A stretch of 64,000 bases of DNA from the human T2T-CHM13v2.0 reference genome, Homo sapiens: NCBI RefSeq assembly GCF_009914755.1, contig NC_060933.1; one strand, given 5' to 3'. The notes under the pieces are model-generated. The model worked only from the letters and a program-made list of their open reading frames with translations, was not told where the DNA came from and searched no databases. Positions 1 to 14,047 of the stretch are shown in pieces. The stretch's first letter is position 1; the number at the start of each line of letters is the position of its first letter. The translations under genes were made by a program, and so were the position numbers.

Positions 1-469
1 AGTATTCATATGGATCTAAAAATAAAGAATCCAATGTCTATGTTATAAGCTCTTCTGCTGACTATTTTTTCCCAAAATTGTTTTATCTTTCCTAAATGCT
101 AAATTGTTGGGATGTGGAATTGGGGATATAATATTCTTGTGCATTATTCACTCGCTTGTCATTTGAATAAAGGTGATACTTGCATTTCAATTAATCAAAC
201 ATTGAATTTAATAATTATTTAGCATTCTATGTAAAGTGATAGAAATTTAGCAGTAAATGGATTAAGAAAAAAATGTATTTAATTGTTTTAACAACGTGGA
301 AGGAAGGAGTTAGATTTAGGAATTTGTCAATATTTTTCATCTCTTTCTCTCAGCACTGCATTCTGTTTGTATTAGCTTGCTTCTCCAAGTGTTAATGGAC
401 TTCCTCCATGCAGAAGAGAACTGTGAGGCCCTACTAGCTACAGGCTTCTATAAAATGGATACAGATCCA

Positions 470-1300
470 TACATAAAGTGAAGAGATAACCTACAGAACA
501 GGAAAAAATATCTGCCAACTATTTAAATGACAAGTGATTAACAGCAAGAATATACAAGGAATGCAACTCAATAGCAAAAAATAGTTTGATTTAAAATGGG
601 CAAATGATTTGATTAGACATTTCTCAAAATAAGACATACAAATAACCAATAGGTATAATATAATTTGCTCAATATCATTAATAACCAGGAAAATGAACAT
701 CAAAACCACAATGAGATGTCATCTCACCCAAGTTATAAAGACTGTTGTAAAAAAGACAAAAAATAAGAAATATATTAATACATTATTATAAACTAGTATA
801 TTTGTTAAATATAAAAAATAATTAAGGACTGTCATTCACAATATTATGGGTGAAAATGAAGGACATTATATTGGGTGAAATAAGCCAGGAACACAAAGAC
901 AAACGTCACTTGTCTCACATATGTCAAAGCTAAAATAATTCATCTCATGGAGGTAGTGAATATAATGGTAGTTTCTAGAGGCCGGAAAGGGTAATGGGTA
1001 GGGGGAACAAAACGGTTGTTTAATGGGTACACAAATACAGTTAGATAGAAGGAGTAAGATTTAGTATTCAATAGCAAAATAGAGTGACTATAGTTAATAA
1101 TTTACTGTATATTTCAAACTAACTCAAAGACTAGATTTGGAATGTTCCCAACATAGTGAAATGATAAATAGTTGAGATGATAGATATCCCAATTACCCAG
1201 ATTTGATCATTGCACATTATATGCTTGTGTAGTTATATCACATGTACCCCATAACTATGTACAACTATGATGTAGCTACACAAATTATAATTTTAAAAAT
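470..1300 (+). mobile_element. L1MA-type LINE-1 3' end (ORF2 tail and 3'UTR, internal deletion near 770-830)
   Basis: ORF2-end motifs (aaatgggcaaatgatttgattagacatttctcaaaa) and L1MA 3'UTR (gatatcccaattacccagatttgatcattgcacatt...catgtaccccataactatgtacaac). Confidence 0.85.
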
Positions 1301-2884
1301 TAGGAAAACATAAGTGGTTTTCTTATTGGAAGTGCCAAAAGACATACATGAAATGTGACTTATTTTACCAGAAAAATCACACAAAAACTGCAGGTATTAA
1401 CTGCAGGTGTATAGGTGTTAAAGGAGTTATGCCTAATTTTAATAAAAGGTCTGTTCCTGTTAAAAGCTAACCGACTGTTCTGAGACATTCTAATGCATTA
1501 AGTTTAAATTGAGCTGACAAAAGAGAAGTGGGAGACATCTTTGTATTCTAAATTGTCTGTGGGGGAAAAGTAGTAGATACTGATTTTTAACGTGATTTGT
1601 AGTTTGGTTTTCTTTTAAGGGGATCTTGAAAAGCCTTAATAATCAGAAGAGTTTTGCATTTTATTTTTTAGTGTTTATATTTTGTTTTAGCTATATGTTC
1701 ATGTTCAATTAATGTTCCTATGCATCTTCACTTTTTGCAAGTTTGTTTATAGATATGGTTGAACAAATTGAATAGTATACTTGGATTAGTAAATAAAATC
1801 ATGGTAATATGTTGGTGTAAATTTGGGTTTTCCCAAACTAATATACCATGTTGAATATATTTGGAAATTTCTGGAGGAATTTTCAAGGTCTAAGCAAACA
1901 ATCTAGATTTTTCTGATGCATCTATCTCACTAAAATTGGAAATAGTTGTTACAACCACAAATATAGTGTATCCAAAATTCAAGTATTTCATTGTTTTCCT
2001 ATATAAAACTTTTGTAAATGAGTCCAGTAATTATCAAAACTAAAGTTGTTTCATTTCAAACTTTTTAATGATGATAGAGTATAATGAAAATGTTAGGGAT
2101 TCTATGGAAAAATACTCAGTCTTAATGTGAATATAATAAAATCAAGAATATTTGATTGATACACAAGCATGTTATATAGAAAGGGAGCAAAGTAAAGCCA
2201 GTCTGTTATTAGGAAGGCATTATCAATTATTACCATAAATACATGCTACTATTTTTATAAGAGCAGCTTACCAGGAGAGGTTATGCTGCCATTAATATAT
2301 TTAGTATCTTCAAAATATTTTATTGTTAGTTTTCCACATATTTATTTGTAAAACTGGTTGTATATGAAACATGTCTTACATACCTGTGTGGCTCCTTCTA
2401 CAGCTTGAGTTTCACCTATCTTTTAGGAATTGACAGTCCTAATTTTAATGTTCTCTAATTGATTTTTTTCTTATGGATACTGTTTTTGCATCTTCTTTAA
2501 AAAACTGTTGTCTACATCAAAGATATAAAGGTGTCTACCTTTGTCAAACAGGCTTATGATTTTATATAGCATTTTACAATGTAAATTTTATGTGGAAAAT
2601 AGTTAAATATATTATTCTATCTTAATATCCAATTGACCCTGAACCAATTATTAGAAAGAGAGTTTTTTTCCCCCTAAGGCACTACAGTGTCACTTTGATT
2701 AGAAAACTATTTAGACAATATACTTGCATGCAAGTTTCTAAACTATTATCTTCATGTAAAATTATTTTAAATGTATAATATCTTAATTTCTAATAGTGTA
2801 GATCTTTTAGATCATTTTCTTCTCTTTAAATTTACTTTGACTATTTTGGACAATTTGTTTTTCCATATAAATTTTATAATTATC

Positions 2885-3558
2885 TGATATGGTTTGGCTC
2901 TGTGTCCCCACCCAAATCCCATCTTGAATTGTAATAATCCCCACGTGCCAAGGGCAGGACTAGGTGAAGATTATTGAATCATGGGGGCAGTTTTCCCCAT
3001 GCTGTTCTCATTATAGTGAGTGGTTTCTTACGAGATCTGATGATTTCAAAAGTGGTTTCCCAGACTGGTGCAGTGGCTTACGCCTGTAATCCCAGCACTT
3101 TGGGAGGCCAAGGTGGGCGGATCACCTGAGGTCGGGAGTTTGAGACCAGCCTGACCAACATGGAGAAGCCCCATCTCTACTAAAAATTCAAAGTTAGCCT
3201 GGTGTGGTGGTGCATGCCTGTAATCCCCGTTACTCAGGAGGCTGATGGAGAAGAATCGCTTGAACTCAGGAGGCAGAGGTTGTGGTGAGCTGAGATCGCA
3301 CCATTGCACTCCAGCCTGGGCAACAAGTGCAAAACTCCGTCACACACACGCGCGTATGCGCACACACACACACGTGGCTTCCTGCTTCGTTTTGCACTCG
3401 TTCTCTCCACCACCCTGTGAAGAGGTACCTTCCGCAATGATTATAAGTTTCCTGAGGCCTCCCCAGCCATCTGGAACTGTGAGTCAATTAAACCTCTTTT
3501 CTTCATAAATTACCCAGTCTCAGGTATTTATTCATAGCAACCTGAGAATGGACTAACG
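2885..3558 (+). mobile_element. THE1C/D MaLR solo LTR split by an AluSp
   Basis: Starts tgatatggtttggctctgtgtccccacccaaat, ends aaattacccagtctcaggta...gaatggactaacg; 5-bp TSD TTATC at 2880-2884 and 3559-3563. Confidence 0.9.
3062..3373 (+). mobile_element. AluSp with (CA/CG)n tail
   Basis: Full dimer with Sp-type positions (gtcgggag, ctgaccaacatggagaa, gcatgcctg, gcaacaag); flanks gtggtttcc and gtggcttcc form a degenerate TSD. Confidence 0.92.
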
Positions 3559-3981
3559 TTATCTTATCAACTTCTACAATGATTCTGCATGTCAATATCA
3601 AATACATTTATGGAGTTAGAACTGAGATTGAAATCTGTCTATACATCAACTTGGGAAGAATAATTTTCTAAATATTAATCTGCCAGTCATAAAGGAGGAT
3701 ATAGTTCACTGATTATTACATGACTTTTTTCATAATACTGTACAGTTTGCAGTGTAGAAGGTTGGGCAACATTCTTCAAATCATTCTCTTGGTGATATTT
3801 GAGTTTTGAAGCAAGTATAAATAGTATTCTTCTTAAATTTACTTCTGTTCATTTGTTGATAGTATGCATGTATATAGTGTTATGAATTTTAACATGGCAT
3901 CCAGAAATCTTGTTAAGTTTACTTATTAATTCTAAAATTTGATGTTCTTTTGTTTTTACTATATAAAGAATAATATATTCA

Positions 3982-4318
<337 letters not shown>

Positions 4319-4607
4319 TCATTTTTTCACCTTTTATAATATTCATATAATAATTTTTTTCTAGTATTTTTAAATTCTATTGCATCCAGTCCAATATTTA
4401 GTTGAAATGGTAGTAGTAGCCATTCTTTGACTGTTTATCTTTAGGAAAAAGGCATCAATAATTCACCATTATATATGCAATGTTCTGTGAATATTTCGGA
4501 AATAGTCCTTAATGGTTTGAGTTTCGGTTTCTATTTTGAAAGGAATTTTTTAATAATCTATAAATTTCAAGTGTTTTCAACTTATTTTTCTATTATTCAT
4601 GAGGTTA

Positions 4608-5690
4608 TATCAACAGAGTAAAAATGCAACCTACTAAACAGGAGGAAATATTTGCAAATCATGTATCTGAAAAGGAGTTAATATCCAGAATATACAAATA
4701 ACTCCTACAACTCAAGAACAACAAAAACAAAAAAGCGATTCAATTAAAAACATGGAAACAACTTAGACATTTCTCCAAAGATGATATTCAGATTGACAGC
4801 AAGCAAATGAAAATATGCTCTGTCTCACTATTCGTTAAGGAAAACACAAATGAAAGTCACAAAAGAGATATCATCTCACATTACAATGGCCTCTACCAAA
4901 ATAACAGAAAATAGCAAAGTGTTGGTGAGAATATGGGGAAAATAGAACACTTCCGCACTGTTGGTGGTCAAGTAAAATGATGAAACTGCTTTGGAAAGCA
5001 GTGCAGCAGTTCCTCAAAAAAGTAAAAATAGAATTGTCATATGATCCAGCAATTCTATTTTGGAGAATCCAAGAGATATTTGCAAACTGATATGGTTTGG
5101 CTGTGTCCCCACCCAAATCTCATTTAGAATTGTAGTTTCCATACCTGGTGGGGGGTCATTGAATCATGGGGCTGGTTACCCCCATGCTGTTGTTCTCATG
5201 GTAGTGAACATGTCTCATGAGATCTGATGACTTTAAAAATGAGTGTTCCCCTGCACAAGCTGTCTTGCCTGTTCGCTGCCATGTAAGTCATGACTTTGCT
5301 TCTCCTTCACCTTCCACAATAATTGTGAGGCCTCCCCAGCCATGTGGAACTGTGAGTCCATTAAATCTATTTTTCTATATAAATTACCCAGTCTCAGGTA
5401 TGTCTTTACTAGCAGCATGAGAATGAGCTATTATACACACTCTTGTTTATAGTTGCATTATTCACAGTAATCAGGAGGTAGAAGCAACCAAAGTATGCAT
5501 CAACAGATGAATGGATAAAAAAATGTGGTATATAGATACAATAAAATATTATTAAGCTTTAAAAAGGAAGGAAATTCAAACAGATACTATAACATGGATT
5601 AACCTTGAGAAACTTATGCCAAGGAGTCTGGTAATATAAAGACACATACTGCACAATTTCACTTATAAGATATTCCTCAAGTAGTCAAAT
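4608..5690 (+). mobile_element. L1MA/MB ORF2 3' fragment interrupted by THE1
   Basis: aatatttgcaaatcatgtatctga, gatccagcaattcta, catcaacagatgaatggataaaaaaatgtggtatata. Confidence 0.85.
5088..5437 (+). mobile_element. THE1B/C MaLR solo LTR
   Basis: tgatatggtttggctgtgtccccacccaaatctc...tgtgaggcctccccagccatgtggaactgtgagtccattaaa...tacccagtctcaggtatgtcttta. Confidence 0.92.
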
Positions 5691-6374
5691 TAATCACCTC
5701 ACATTTTGCTTATCATGGCAAAAAGAGATAAGAGATAACTCAGAGCAATCTGGTGTCAACTGCTGGTCTTATGAGTGGAAGGAAATTATTATTGAGAGAT
5801 TCTATAATTTGTATTGGTGGTAGTGGGAGGGGGATTGCTGAAATGCAGCTTAGTCATTTATGGATCAGCGACAAGAAATGCTTACAGCCGAATATAATGA
5901 AGACTTATTAATTCTAGATTTTAAAATATTTTAGAACTTTGCAAGCAAACAGATAAGTGACATGAATTTTAATAATTCTAGCAAAGTAACAGACACAAGA
6001 TTCATTTATAAATTGTTTCTAATATTAAATATGTGTTCCAATACAATTGACTGAATAATACTTTGCAAAATCACTCTTGTACTGAATTAGTATTATATTA
6101 TGTTCTAATTTTATACTTTCTATTTTCTTTTGTTTTTTTATTTTAGTTTGTTGATACCATATTTTTAGTTATATAATTCCATATTCACTTTATTAATGAG
6201 AGCATTTATATAAAATATCTATTTACATATTTTGCTTATATTTCTTTATTTCTGAAGAGCTACGTAATTATTGTCCTCTAGTATATATGCACCTTAGTCG
6301 TCATATTTATCAATACTGCTTAACCCTGTTCCTGAAATATAAGCATTTAATTAATGTTGACTGAATGCAGTCTG

Positions 6375-8470
6375 TCACCATTAGGCAAGACGTCAATGGT
6401 GGGTTTTACACAAAATCTTTTACCATGTTATGGAAGTTTTCTTGTATTTTCAGTTCTCTGAATATTGTGATCATGAAATGTTGTTGCATTTTTCTAAATG
6501 CCTACACTGTGTCACATAAAAATAACATATTTTCTTTCTTCATTTTATTAATTAGTGTATTACATTTACTGATTTTCTTACCTTGAACCACCAGCATTCT
6601 TGGGATAAGTCCCACTTTGTCATAGTGTGTAATCCTTTAGTCTACTGTTGGATTTGGTTTGGTAGTGTTTTGATGAGGATTTTTTCAACTATCTTCATAA
6701 GAGTTATTGGTCTGTAATTTTGTTTTGTAATGTCTTTTTCTGGCTTTGTTATCAGGGTAATGATACCTTCATAGAATGAATTAGAAAATCTTCACTCTTC
6801 AATATTTTTGAAGAGTTTGAGAAGAGTTGGTGTTGATTATACTTTAAATATTTGGTAGAATTCAAAAATGAAGGCATGTGGTACTGGACTTTTTGAGATT
6901 TTTTTAAAATTGTAATTTAATTTATTTACATGATGTGGGTCTACTCGAATTTTCTGTTCCTTCTTGAGGCAGTTTAGGTAATTTGTATGTTTCTAGGAAT
7001 TTATTTATTTACTATAGGCTATCTTATTTAATGGTATACAAATTTTTTTTCTTCGTTTTTTGTTTTGTTTTGAGACAGAGTCTCACTCTGTCGCCCAGGC
7101 TGGAGTGCAGTGGCGTGATCTTGGCTTACTGCAATTTCTGCCTCCTGGGTTCAAGCAATTCTTTGCCTCAGCCTCCCGAGTAGCTGGGACTACAGGCACC
7201 CGCCACCACGCCCGGCTAATTTTTGTATTTTTAGTAGAGAGGGGGTTTCACCATCTTGGCCAGGCTGGTCTTCAACTCCTGACCTCGTGATCCACCCGCC
7301 TGGGTCTCCCAAAATGCTGGGATTACAGGCGTGAGCCACCGTGCCCCACCTATATTATTCTTTTGCAATTCATTTTTCTACTTTTTTTTGTTAATGTAGC
7401 TAAAGTTTTGTCAATTTTGCTGATCTTCAGGAAAAAATCTTTTTGTTTTGTCAACTCTTTTTATTGTTTTTCTATACTGTGTTGAATATTACTGTTCTAA
7501 TTTTTGTTTTCTTCTTTGTGCTAGTTTTGAATTTAGTTTGATCTTCATTATATTCTCAAGGTGTAAAGTTAAGTGATTTATTTGAGATCTTTCTTATTTT
7601 TCTAATCTAATTATTTAATGGTATAAATTTCTCTCCAAGCCCTCACATTATAGCATCTCATACATTTTAGCATGCTGTGCTCATTTCTATCTCATCTCTA
7701 AGAGTTTTCTAATTCCACTATGGTTTCTACTTGGATACATTATTGTTTTTTGTGTTTAATTTCTTTCAATATATGTGTGAATTTCCTAGTTTTCCTCCTG
7801 TTGTTAATTGATAATTGCATTTTATGTGGTCAGAAAATATTCTTTGTATTTTTTCAGTCTTTTTTTAATTTATGGAAACTTATTTTGTTGCCTACCATAC
7901 AAACCTTCTTGTAGAATGTTACATGTGCCACTGAGAAAAATGTCTATTCTGCTGGTATTGTGTAGAGTGTTGTGTGTTTGTATGTTAGGTCTAATTGGTT
8001 TATAGTGTTCTTGAAGTCCTCTATTTTCTTATTGATCTTCTGTCCGGTTGTTCTATCCACGATTGAAGGTGAGATATTGAAGTCTATCAATATACAACCA
8101 TTTATTTCATCGATCAACTATGTCAATGCTTTCTTTATATATTTGGGGGCTCTGTTGTTCGTTGGATGTATATTTGTAATTGGTATGTCTTGTTGATGAA
8201 TGGACCCTTTTGTCATTGTAGAATGTCCATCTCTTTCTCTTGTATCAGTTTTGAATGAAAGTTTATGTTGTCTGATATTATATAGCTGCCCCAGCTCTCT
8301 TCTGGTTACCATTCACATGGAATATTATTTTTCTATTCTTCCACTTTCAATGTATATATCTTCATATGTAAAATAAGTCTCTTAAAGAAATTATATACAT
8401 GGATTATTTCTATTTTATTTTATAATGCATTCTGTCAATTCCTACTTTTTGATTGGAGATTAAAGTAATT
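6375..8470 (-). mobile_element. L1M ORF2 remnant (endonuclease region and downstream), split by an Alu
   Basis: ORF 8118-8312 reads [41 protein letters not shown], a degenerate L1 APE endonuclease motif ([36 protein letters not shown]). Confidence 0.88.
7043..7350 (-). mobile_element. AluS (Sg-type)
   Basis: Antisense dimer, ccatcttggccaggctggtc...gacctcgtgatcc, T-rich tail 7043-7071. Confidence 0.93.
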
Positions 8471-8519
8471 AGTGATAAAGTTACTTCCATTTCACTATTT
8501 GTGTTTTGTATGTTTTGAT

Positions 8520-8990
8520 TTTGTATGCTTCTCCTCTGAGGCTTTATGTAGTCCACTGTATACCTCAAATGTAAGTAATATTTTGCTACATGCAGCTGTG
8601 AAACTTTGTTCGCTTCTCAATGTTTTTGAACAATGCTTACCACTTTTCTGTCTTGAGTGAGTTTCAAATTAAGTGAGACAAAGACTAGCACCTTATACCA
8701 GTCCTTCCCGTAGCAACTAGGCAGGTTAAAAAAGGCAGATGCAATAATTTCTGCTTAAGCTCTGCTGCACTGCAGAACCAGGGACTAGGGTTCCATACAG
8801 GAAACATCAACTGCCATTTTCAAGACCCCGCCAAGAGGGTGAGATAAAGGCAAGTAAAAACACCATGAAAATGTCCTACTTATTTGAAGTTGCCTTTTTC
8901 TTGTTTTGGTGTTCTGTGGGTGGCTATAAACGTTTGACTGTTTCCCACAGTTCTCACCAACTTGGTTCTGACAGTTCTTGTTTTGCAATA
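8520..8990 (-). mobile_element. Probable old L1M 5'UTR fragment
   Basis: cagttctcaccaacttggttctgacagttcttgttttg resembles antisense L1M 5' ends; colinear with the adjacent ORF2 remnant. Confidence 0.5.
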
Positions 8991-10329
8991 TTAATGCAAT
9001 GTAATGTATTTACATGAACAAAAACTATGAGGAAATTCTTTTAGTTATTAACATTTTCTTCTGTTCCTGGACACCTCATGCTGTTCTATCATAGGTTATA
9101 TATGTGTGTGACTATGCACATGTGCATGTGTATGTACAGGCATGCTTATGTAATTTTCCTTTTGCCAGTTATTCTTAGATAACTAGTAATTCTTTTATAT
9201 TATCAGTAACTTTCCCCATGAATTTGTACCAAATTTTCCCAGGAAAGGAATATGTATGTATTTAAAGAAATATCTTAAAAGCTGATTATCCAGTGTGGTA
9301 TTTGAAAATGTCTTATGATCTCTTTTATAGCACTTCAACTTCAAATCTTATTTTGCTTGAAAGTGTGAACAAAAAATTTATAGGAGTGAGGTTTTCAGCT
9401 TTCATCAATATTTCACTATTGTCCCATACAATGTTTACCTCCTACATTATTTCTCACTATCTATGTCCTTTTAAATATCACAATGTTTAATGTCATAATG
9501 TTTCGGTTTTATCAGGTCGTTGGGGCTTAATCTGAATTTCACTATTTCATAGTTTCCTGTTAATGTCATATTCTTTATAAGCACTCATATTTATAATTTT
9601 CCACTAGCTTACAGAAGTCAATCTCTCAAAGGACTGCCTTTCCAGCAAGACTTTTGACAAATATTGATTTGAAGTAGATTAAGTGAAAACATAAAAGAAG
9701 CAAAGATTAATATACAAAATAAAAAATGAAACCATTTACTTTTTACTTTATATTTTAGACTTTATAGTTAATTTTCCTTTTATTAATTCTATATTGTACA
9801 TTCACTGGTGAAAATATTTGCATAAAAATCAGATAATATTGTGAGAATAATGTTTCAATTCCATAATCAAATGCAAAAATATTCAGAAATATATTCAAAA
9901 AAGAAAAATAATATAATAAGTGAAAATATGTACCTAAATTATAACATAAAAATATAGCAGGATACAGTACCAGGACTGTAGATCTGGAAATGAAACCAAG
10001 CGTGATTAAATATCAAGGGAGATCAAAGGAAAATAAAGGAAAAGTGGCCTAATACGTTTTTAAGAGATGAATCAATCGCCTGCGGCAATGAGAGAACTAG
10101 TGATCTAATTTGAATTTCAGTGGATTCTGAATAAGGTTAATATAAAATGATGAAATGGAAATGTTAACAGTGTCTGAAAGCATAAATTTAGGGCAACAGT
10201 AAAGGGAATATTGTCTTTGAATAGTCTGTTCTGGCAGATCTCTAGGACCAGTGCTTAATTAATAGGTAAGGAAAAAGAAAGCCTCTAGTAATGAATGAGA
10301 GAATAATTCATAAAAATATGGAATCAATG

Positions 10330-10780
10330 AGCAAGAAGTATGTATATATGAGGACATAGAGAAAATCAAGGAATAATAGGTATTTTTATATAAAATAATA
10401 AAGTAGATGGAGAAAAAGCAATAGAACTTGGAGAATAAATCCTAAACAAAAATATGTTGATCCAGAAATTCCATGACCAAAGATGTCATGCAAAATTGAT
10501 GAAGTGATTTACCTCTAGATTTATTCTGGTGAAATTTTAAAATGTATTAGTAAAGAAATAATCCCAGAAAGGTCTAAGAAAGATAAAATCAAAACTTGCC
10601 TGTGATAGAAAATGTCAGGTTGGCCTTATCTTCTTTTCTATTAATGAATGGGAGAAGACAAGGAGCATAATCGTGGTGTGAAGAGACAGTGATCGTAACC
10701 CATCTTGGCCCAGTTGTGTTTTTATAGATTTCATATTACAAAAGAAGAACAACATAAGCTATGTACACTAACTAAAATAT
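10330..10780 (+). mobile_element. HAL1/L1ME ORF1-like remnant
   Basis: ctagatttattctggtgaaattttaa...aaagaataatcc...tcaggttggccttatcttct...agaagacaaggagca matches the ORF1 PRHILVK...IRLASDFS...RRQW pattern at DNA level. Confidence 0.55.
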
Positions 10781-12011
10781 GTAAAAACAGCATTCCAATA
10801 GAAAAATGTATAAATTACATGAAAATTTAAAGCAAAAACAATAAGCAACCATTAAATACATGAAAAATGAATATGTATATTGTTAATAACAAAACAAATA
10901 CAAATTAAAACTAAGCTAGAGTTATATTAGCCACCTATTTGAGAGTAAAATTGCAAAATTAAAACACTAATATTATTCAAAAGACAAAAGGGAAGAATTT
11001 ACTAGTTTTTATAGAAAAATATTAGTAAAGATGAAAATCACAAATAAATACTTGAATAAATGTTTTATAAAAAAGGCAAACAATTCTGTATGTGTTATAA
11101 TGAAAGTTAAAATAACAGACAGAACAAAAATTTTTGCAGATATACCAATGTTTAAATATGTAATGAATATAGAATAATTTACGTCAGAGTGAAAATATAT
11201 ACTTTGAGTACATAAGCTAAAAATGAAAAGGGTATAAATGCACAATTCAAAAGCAGTAAAATATACAGATATGTGTAATAAATATATGCATTGTAGAAAC
11301 ATGTAATTATATATAAAATAATATTTAATATCACTACTCATATAAAATTATCAAGTTAAAAAAGAAACATTTGAATATTACTATCAAAAATTTAAAAAAT
11401 AAAAAGTATAAAAGTAAGTTTAGCTCTATTCATTGCAGTTGTAAGATTATTCACAGTATTTTCTTTTTAACTTTAAGAATGTTCTATATATTATATGAAT
11501 AGTATATATTACTCCAATCAATGCATATGCATATGATTAAAATTGGAATAAATAATGACAAATATAAATGTGTGGGATTTTATTCTAGGCTCATATTACT
11601 GATTGTGTTCTTTTGACTATCTATTAAAATTATATCTATATTATTTAACCACTATAAAAATGTAAGTTGAGACTTTATCTTTCTTAGATAATAGGAGTAT
11701 CCACTGAAAATCTTATTGCCAATTTTTTTTCTAAAGCCATACAGTATTTAGTGGTTTTAAGATAATGTACCAAAAAAATAATTCTAAATGGAGGGTAAAA
11801 TATTTTTAGCAGCACAATTACAAGATAATCAAATTATTGAAAGCAAAATGAGAGGTAATTTTGGAGAAGCAAACAAGGGTCAAGTCATGCAAGATCTCAA
11901 TAGGCTATAATAGGAGTTTGGATTTTATTAGAAGGGTGATATAAAGTTATTGGAGGACCTTTACTGGGGAAGTAACATGATCTGACTCTCATGATATTAG
12001 TTTCTTACAAA

Positions 12012-12655
12012 AGTAGCATCATGAAGTGAATAAGTGTGTGGACTCTGTAGTGCCATGCTTTGAATCTTTTGTTTTTATCTTTTGTGTACCTACTATAGAT
12101 TTTCATTGTCAGTGTATATACTGTAGGTTTTTACTTTCTGTGCATCTATTATAGGTTTTCCTTTGTGGTTGGGGTGTTAAACAGGGTAAAGGGGATATTA
12201 GTCAAATGATGCAAAGTTTGGTTAAGTAGGAGGATTAAGTCCTACTGATCTATGCACAGAATGTAATGATAGTTAATAATAATTACTGTACATTTTAAAA
12301 TTGCTAAGAAGTGTAGAGTTTACATGTTCTCATCACAAAATAATAAGTATGGGAAGTGATGGATATGCTAATTAGTCTTATTTAATCATCCTACAATGTA
12401 TACATAACTTCAAATTATACCCCATAAATATATATAATTATTATTTGTTGACTAAAACTAAAATATTTTTAAAAGTGTGAAGTATGGAGCCATACTACAT
12501 GGATCCAAATCTGAGATTTGTTCTTCACTAGCTGTGTAGCTCCAGACAAATTGCTTAATCTAGATGCTTCAATCTCCTCATCTGTTTAATGGGAATAATA
12601 CAATAGTATAAACCTCATGTGGTTTTCATTAGGATTAAATGAGATATATAATGGA
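12012..12655 (+). mobile_element. MIR split by an L1MA insertion (MIR parts about 12012-12050 and 12485-12655)
   Basis: aagtgtgtggactctg | ggagccatactacatgg...cactagctgtgt...caatctcctcatctgtttaatgggaataata...aggattaaatgaga. Confidence 0.75.
12055..12472 (+). mobile_element. L1MA 3' end (about 12170-12472) preceded by a probable inverted L1 piece
   Basis: taggaggattaagtcctactgatctatgcacag...gtgatggatatgctaattag...ataccccataaatatatataattattatttg. Confidence 0.8.
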
Positions 12656-13754
12656 TTGTAATATAAAGTGTTCTATGGGGAATAGATGGTGGGTAGTAGG
12701 GCAAGAGTTTGAGGAGACTAGTTCAGAAGTTATTGAGGCTTTGAAGTTTTGAGAAGTGTAAGAACAAAGTATTTTGAACATAGATCCTGTAAATGTTATT
12801 GAAAAACAGAATATGAGAAATGAGAAAAAGTAAGCAATTTGAAGATCTATTTCTGGCCTGAACAGCAGAGTGGTGTTATTTAAAGAAGTGGGGAAGAATG
12901 GAAAGGAAGCAATGTAGAGCTGGCTGTTATGTATTTAGTTGGATATGTTAAAAAGAACTCAGGGGAGAGATGATAGCCAGGAGCTTACAATTGGAATTGA
13001 AATCTTTGAGACTACAGGAGATAATAAAAGTATGTGTATTTAGAAAAGAGAAAATGAAACTGGGATTCTCCAACATTTAGTCATTGAGAAGAAAAGGAAT
13101 AATCAGTAAAGAATGAGCAGCCAATGATTTAGGAGAGAAATTAATAGAAGATTATTATGTTTTAATATTTACTGAAAATAATTTAGGCTATAAATGTACT
13201 TATCATTTATTTGTACAACTACGTGAAAGTGCACATAGAAAAAATATGTTAAACTCCAAAATCTTAATAGGATTTGACTTATTTTCTTTAGTTTTCTCTT
13301 CCTCTACTGAGAGAAAATATTATTTGTGTAATGAAGAAGGGGGGAAATACTTAAACTAACACAGAAGGAAATAAAATGTGTTAAAATATGGAATTTATAG
13401 AATAAATATTTGCTGGGCTAGCACTAATTATGCCGTACATTGAAATGCCAATATTTTGTATGACTGGAAAACTAAAAGTCCATTAAAAAAGTAAATGTAA
13501 ATCAAGATTTGTTTTGTTTTTAAAATATTGATATGGATTAATCAATAACTTCTATAATATATGGTTCATGCAATTTCTAAATGTATTACTTATGTAGACA
13601 ATGTGAATTCTTTAACTTAAAGCCATAGAGTATCTATCCCCAGAGATAGTTAAACAATGACTTTTCTAAATAACTTTCCTTAGTGAATCTTGTTGTTTTA
13701 TGTAGATACAAGAGGGAAGAATCACAATATTGTGTTAATTTCAACTTTATGTGT

Positions 13755-14047
13755 TTATTTTTTGAGATGGAGTCTCACTTTGTCTCCCAGACTGGAGTAA
13801 AGTGGCAGCGATCTCTGCTCACTACAAACTCCACCTCCTGGGTTCAAGTGATTTTCCTGCCTCAGCCTGTCCAGTAGATGGGTTTGTAGGTCACCACCAC
13901 CATACCCAGCTAATTTTTGTATTTTTGGTAGAGACAGGGTTTCACCACGTTGGCCAGACTGGCCTCGAACTCCTGACCTCAAGTGATCTGCCCACCTCTG
14001 CCTCCCAATAGTGCTGGGATTACAGGCGTGGGCCACCGTGCCTGTCC
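13755..14047 (-). mobile_element. AluS (Sz/Sx-type)
   Basis: Antisense dimer with gacctcaagtgatctgcccacc. Confidence 0.93.

Larger units (their letters stand above)
11840..13140 (-). mobile_element. L2 fragment hosting MIR and L1MA insertions
   Basis: taggctataataggagtttggattttatt...gggaagtaacatgatctgact (11900-11990), resuming gcaagagtttgaggagactagttcagaagttattg (about 12700). Confidence 0.7.

Noticed and set aside
11009-11341. 110-aa hydrophobic ORF resembling a membrane protein
   Set aside because: The F/I/L/Y bias comes from T-rich low-complexity DNA, with no gene context.
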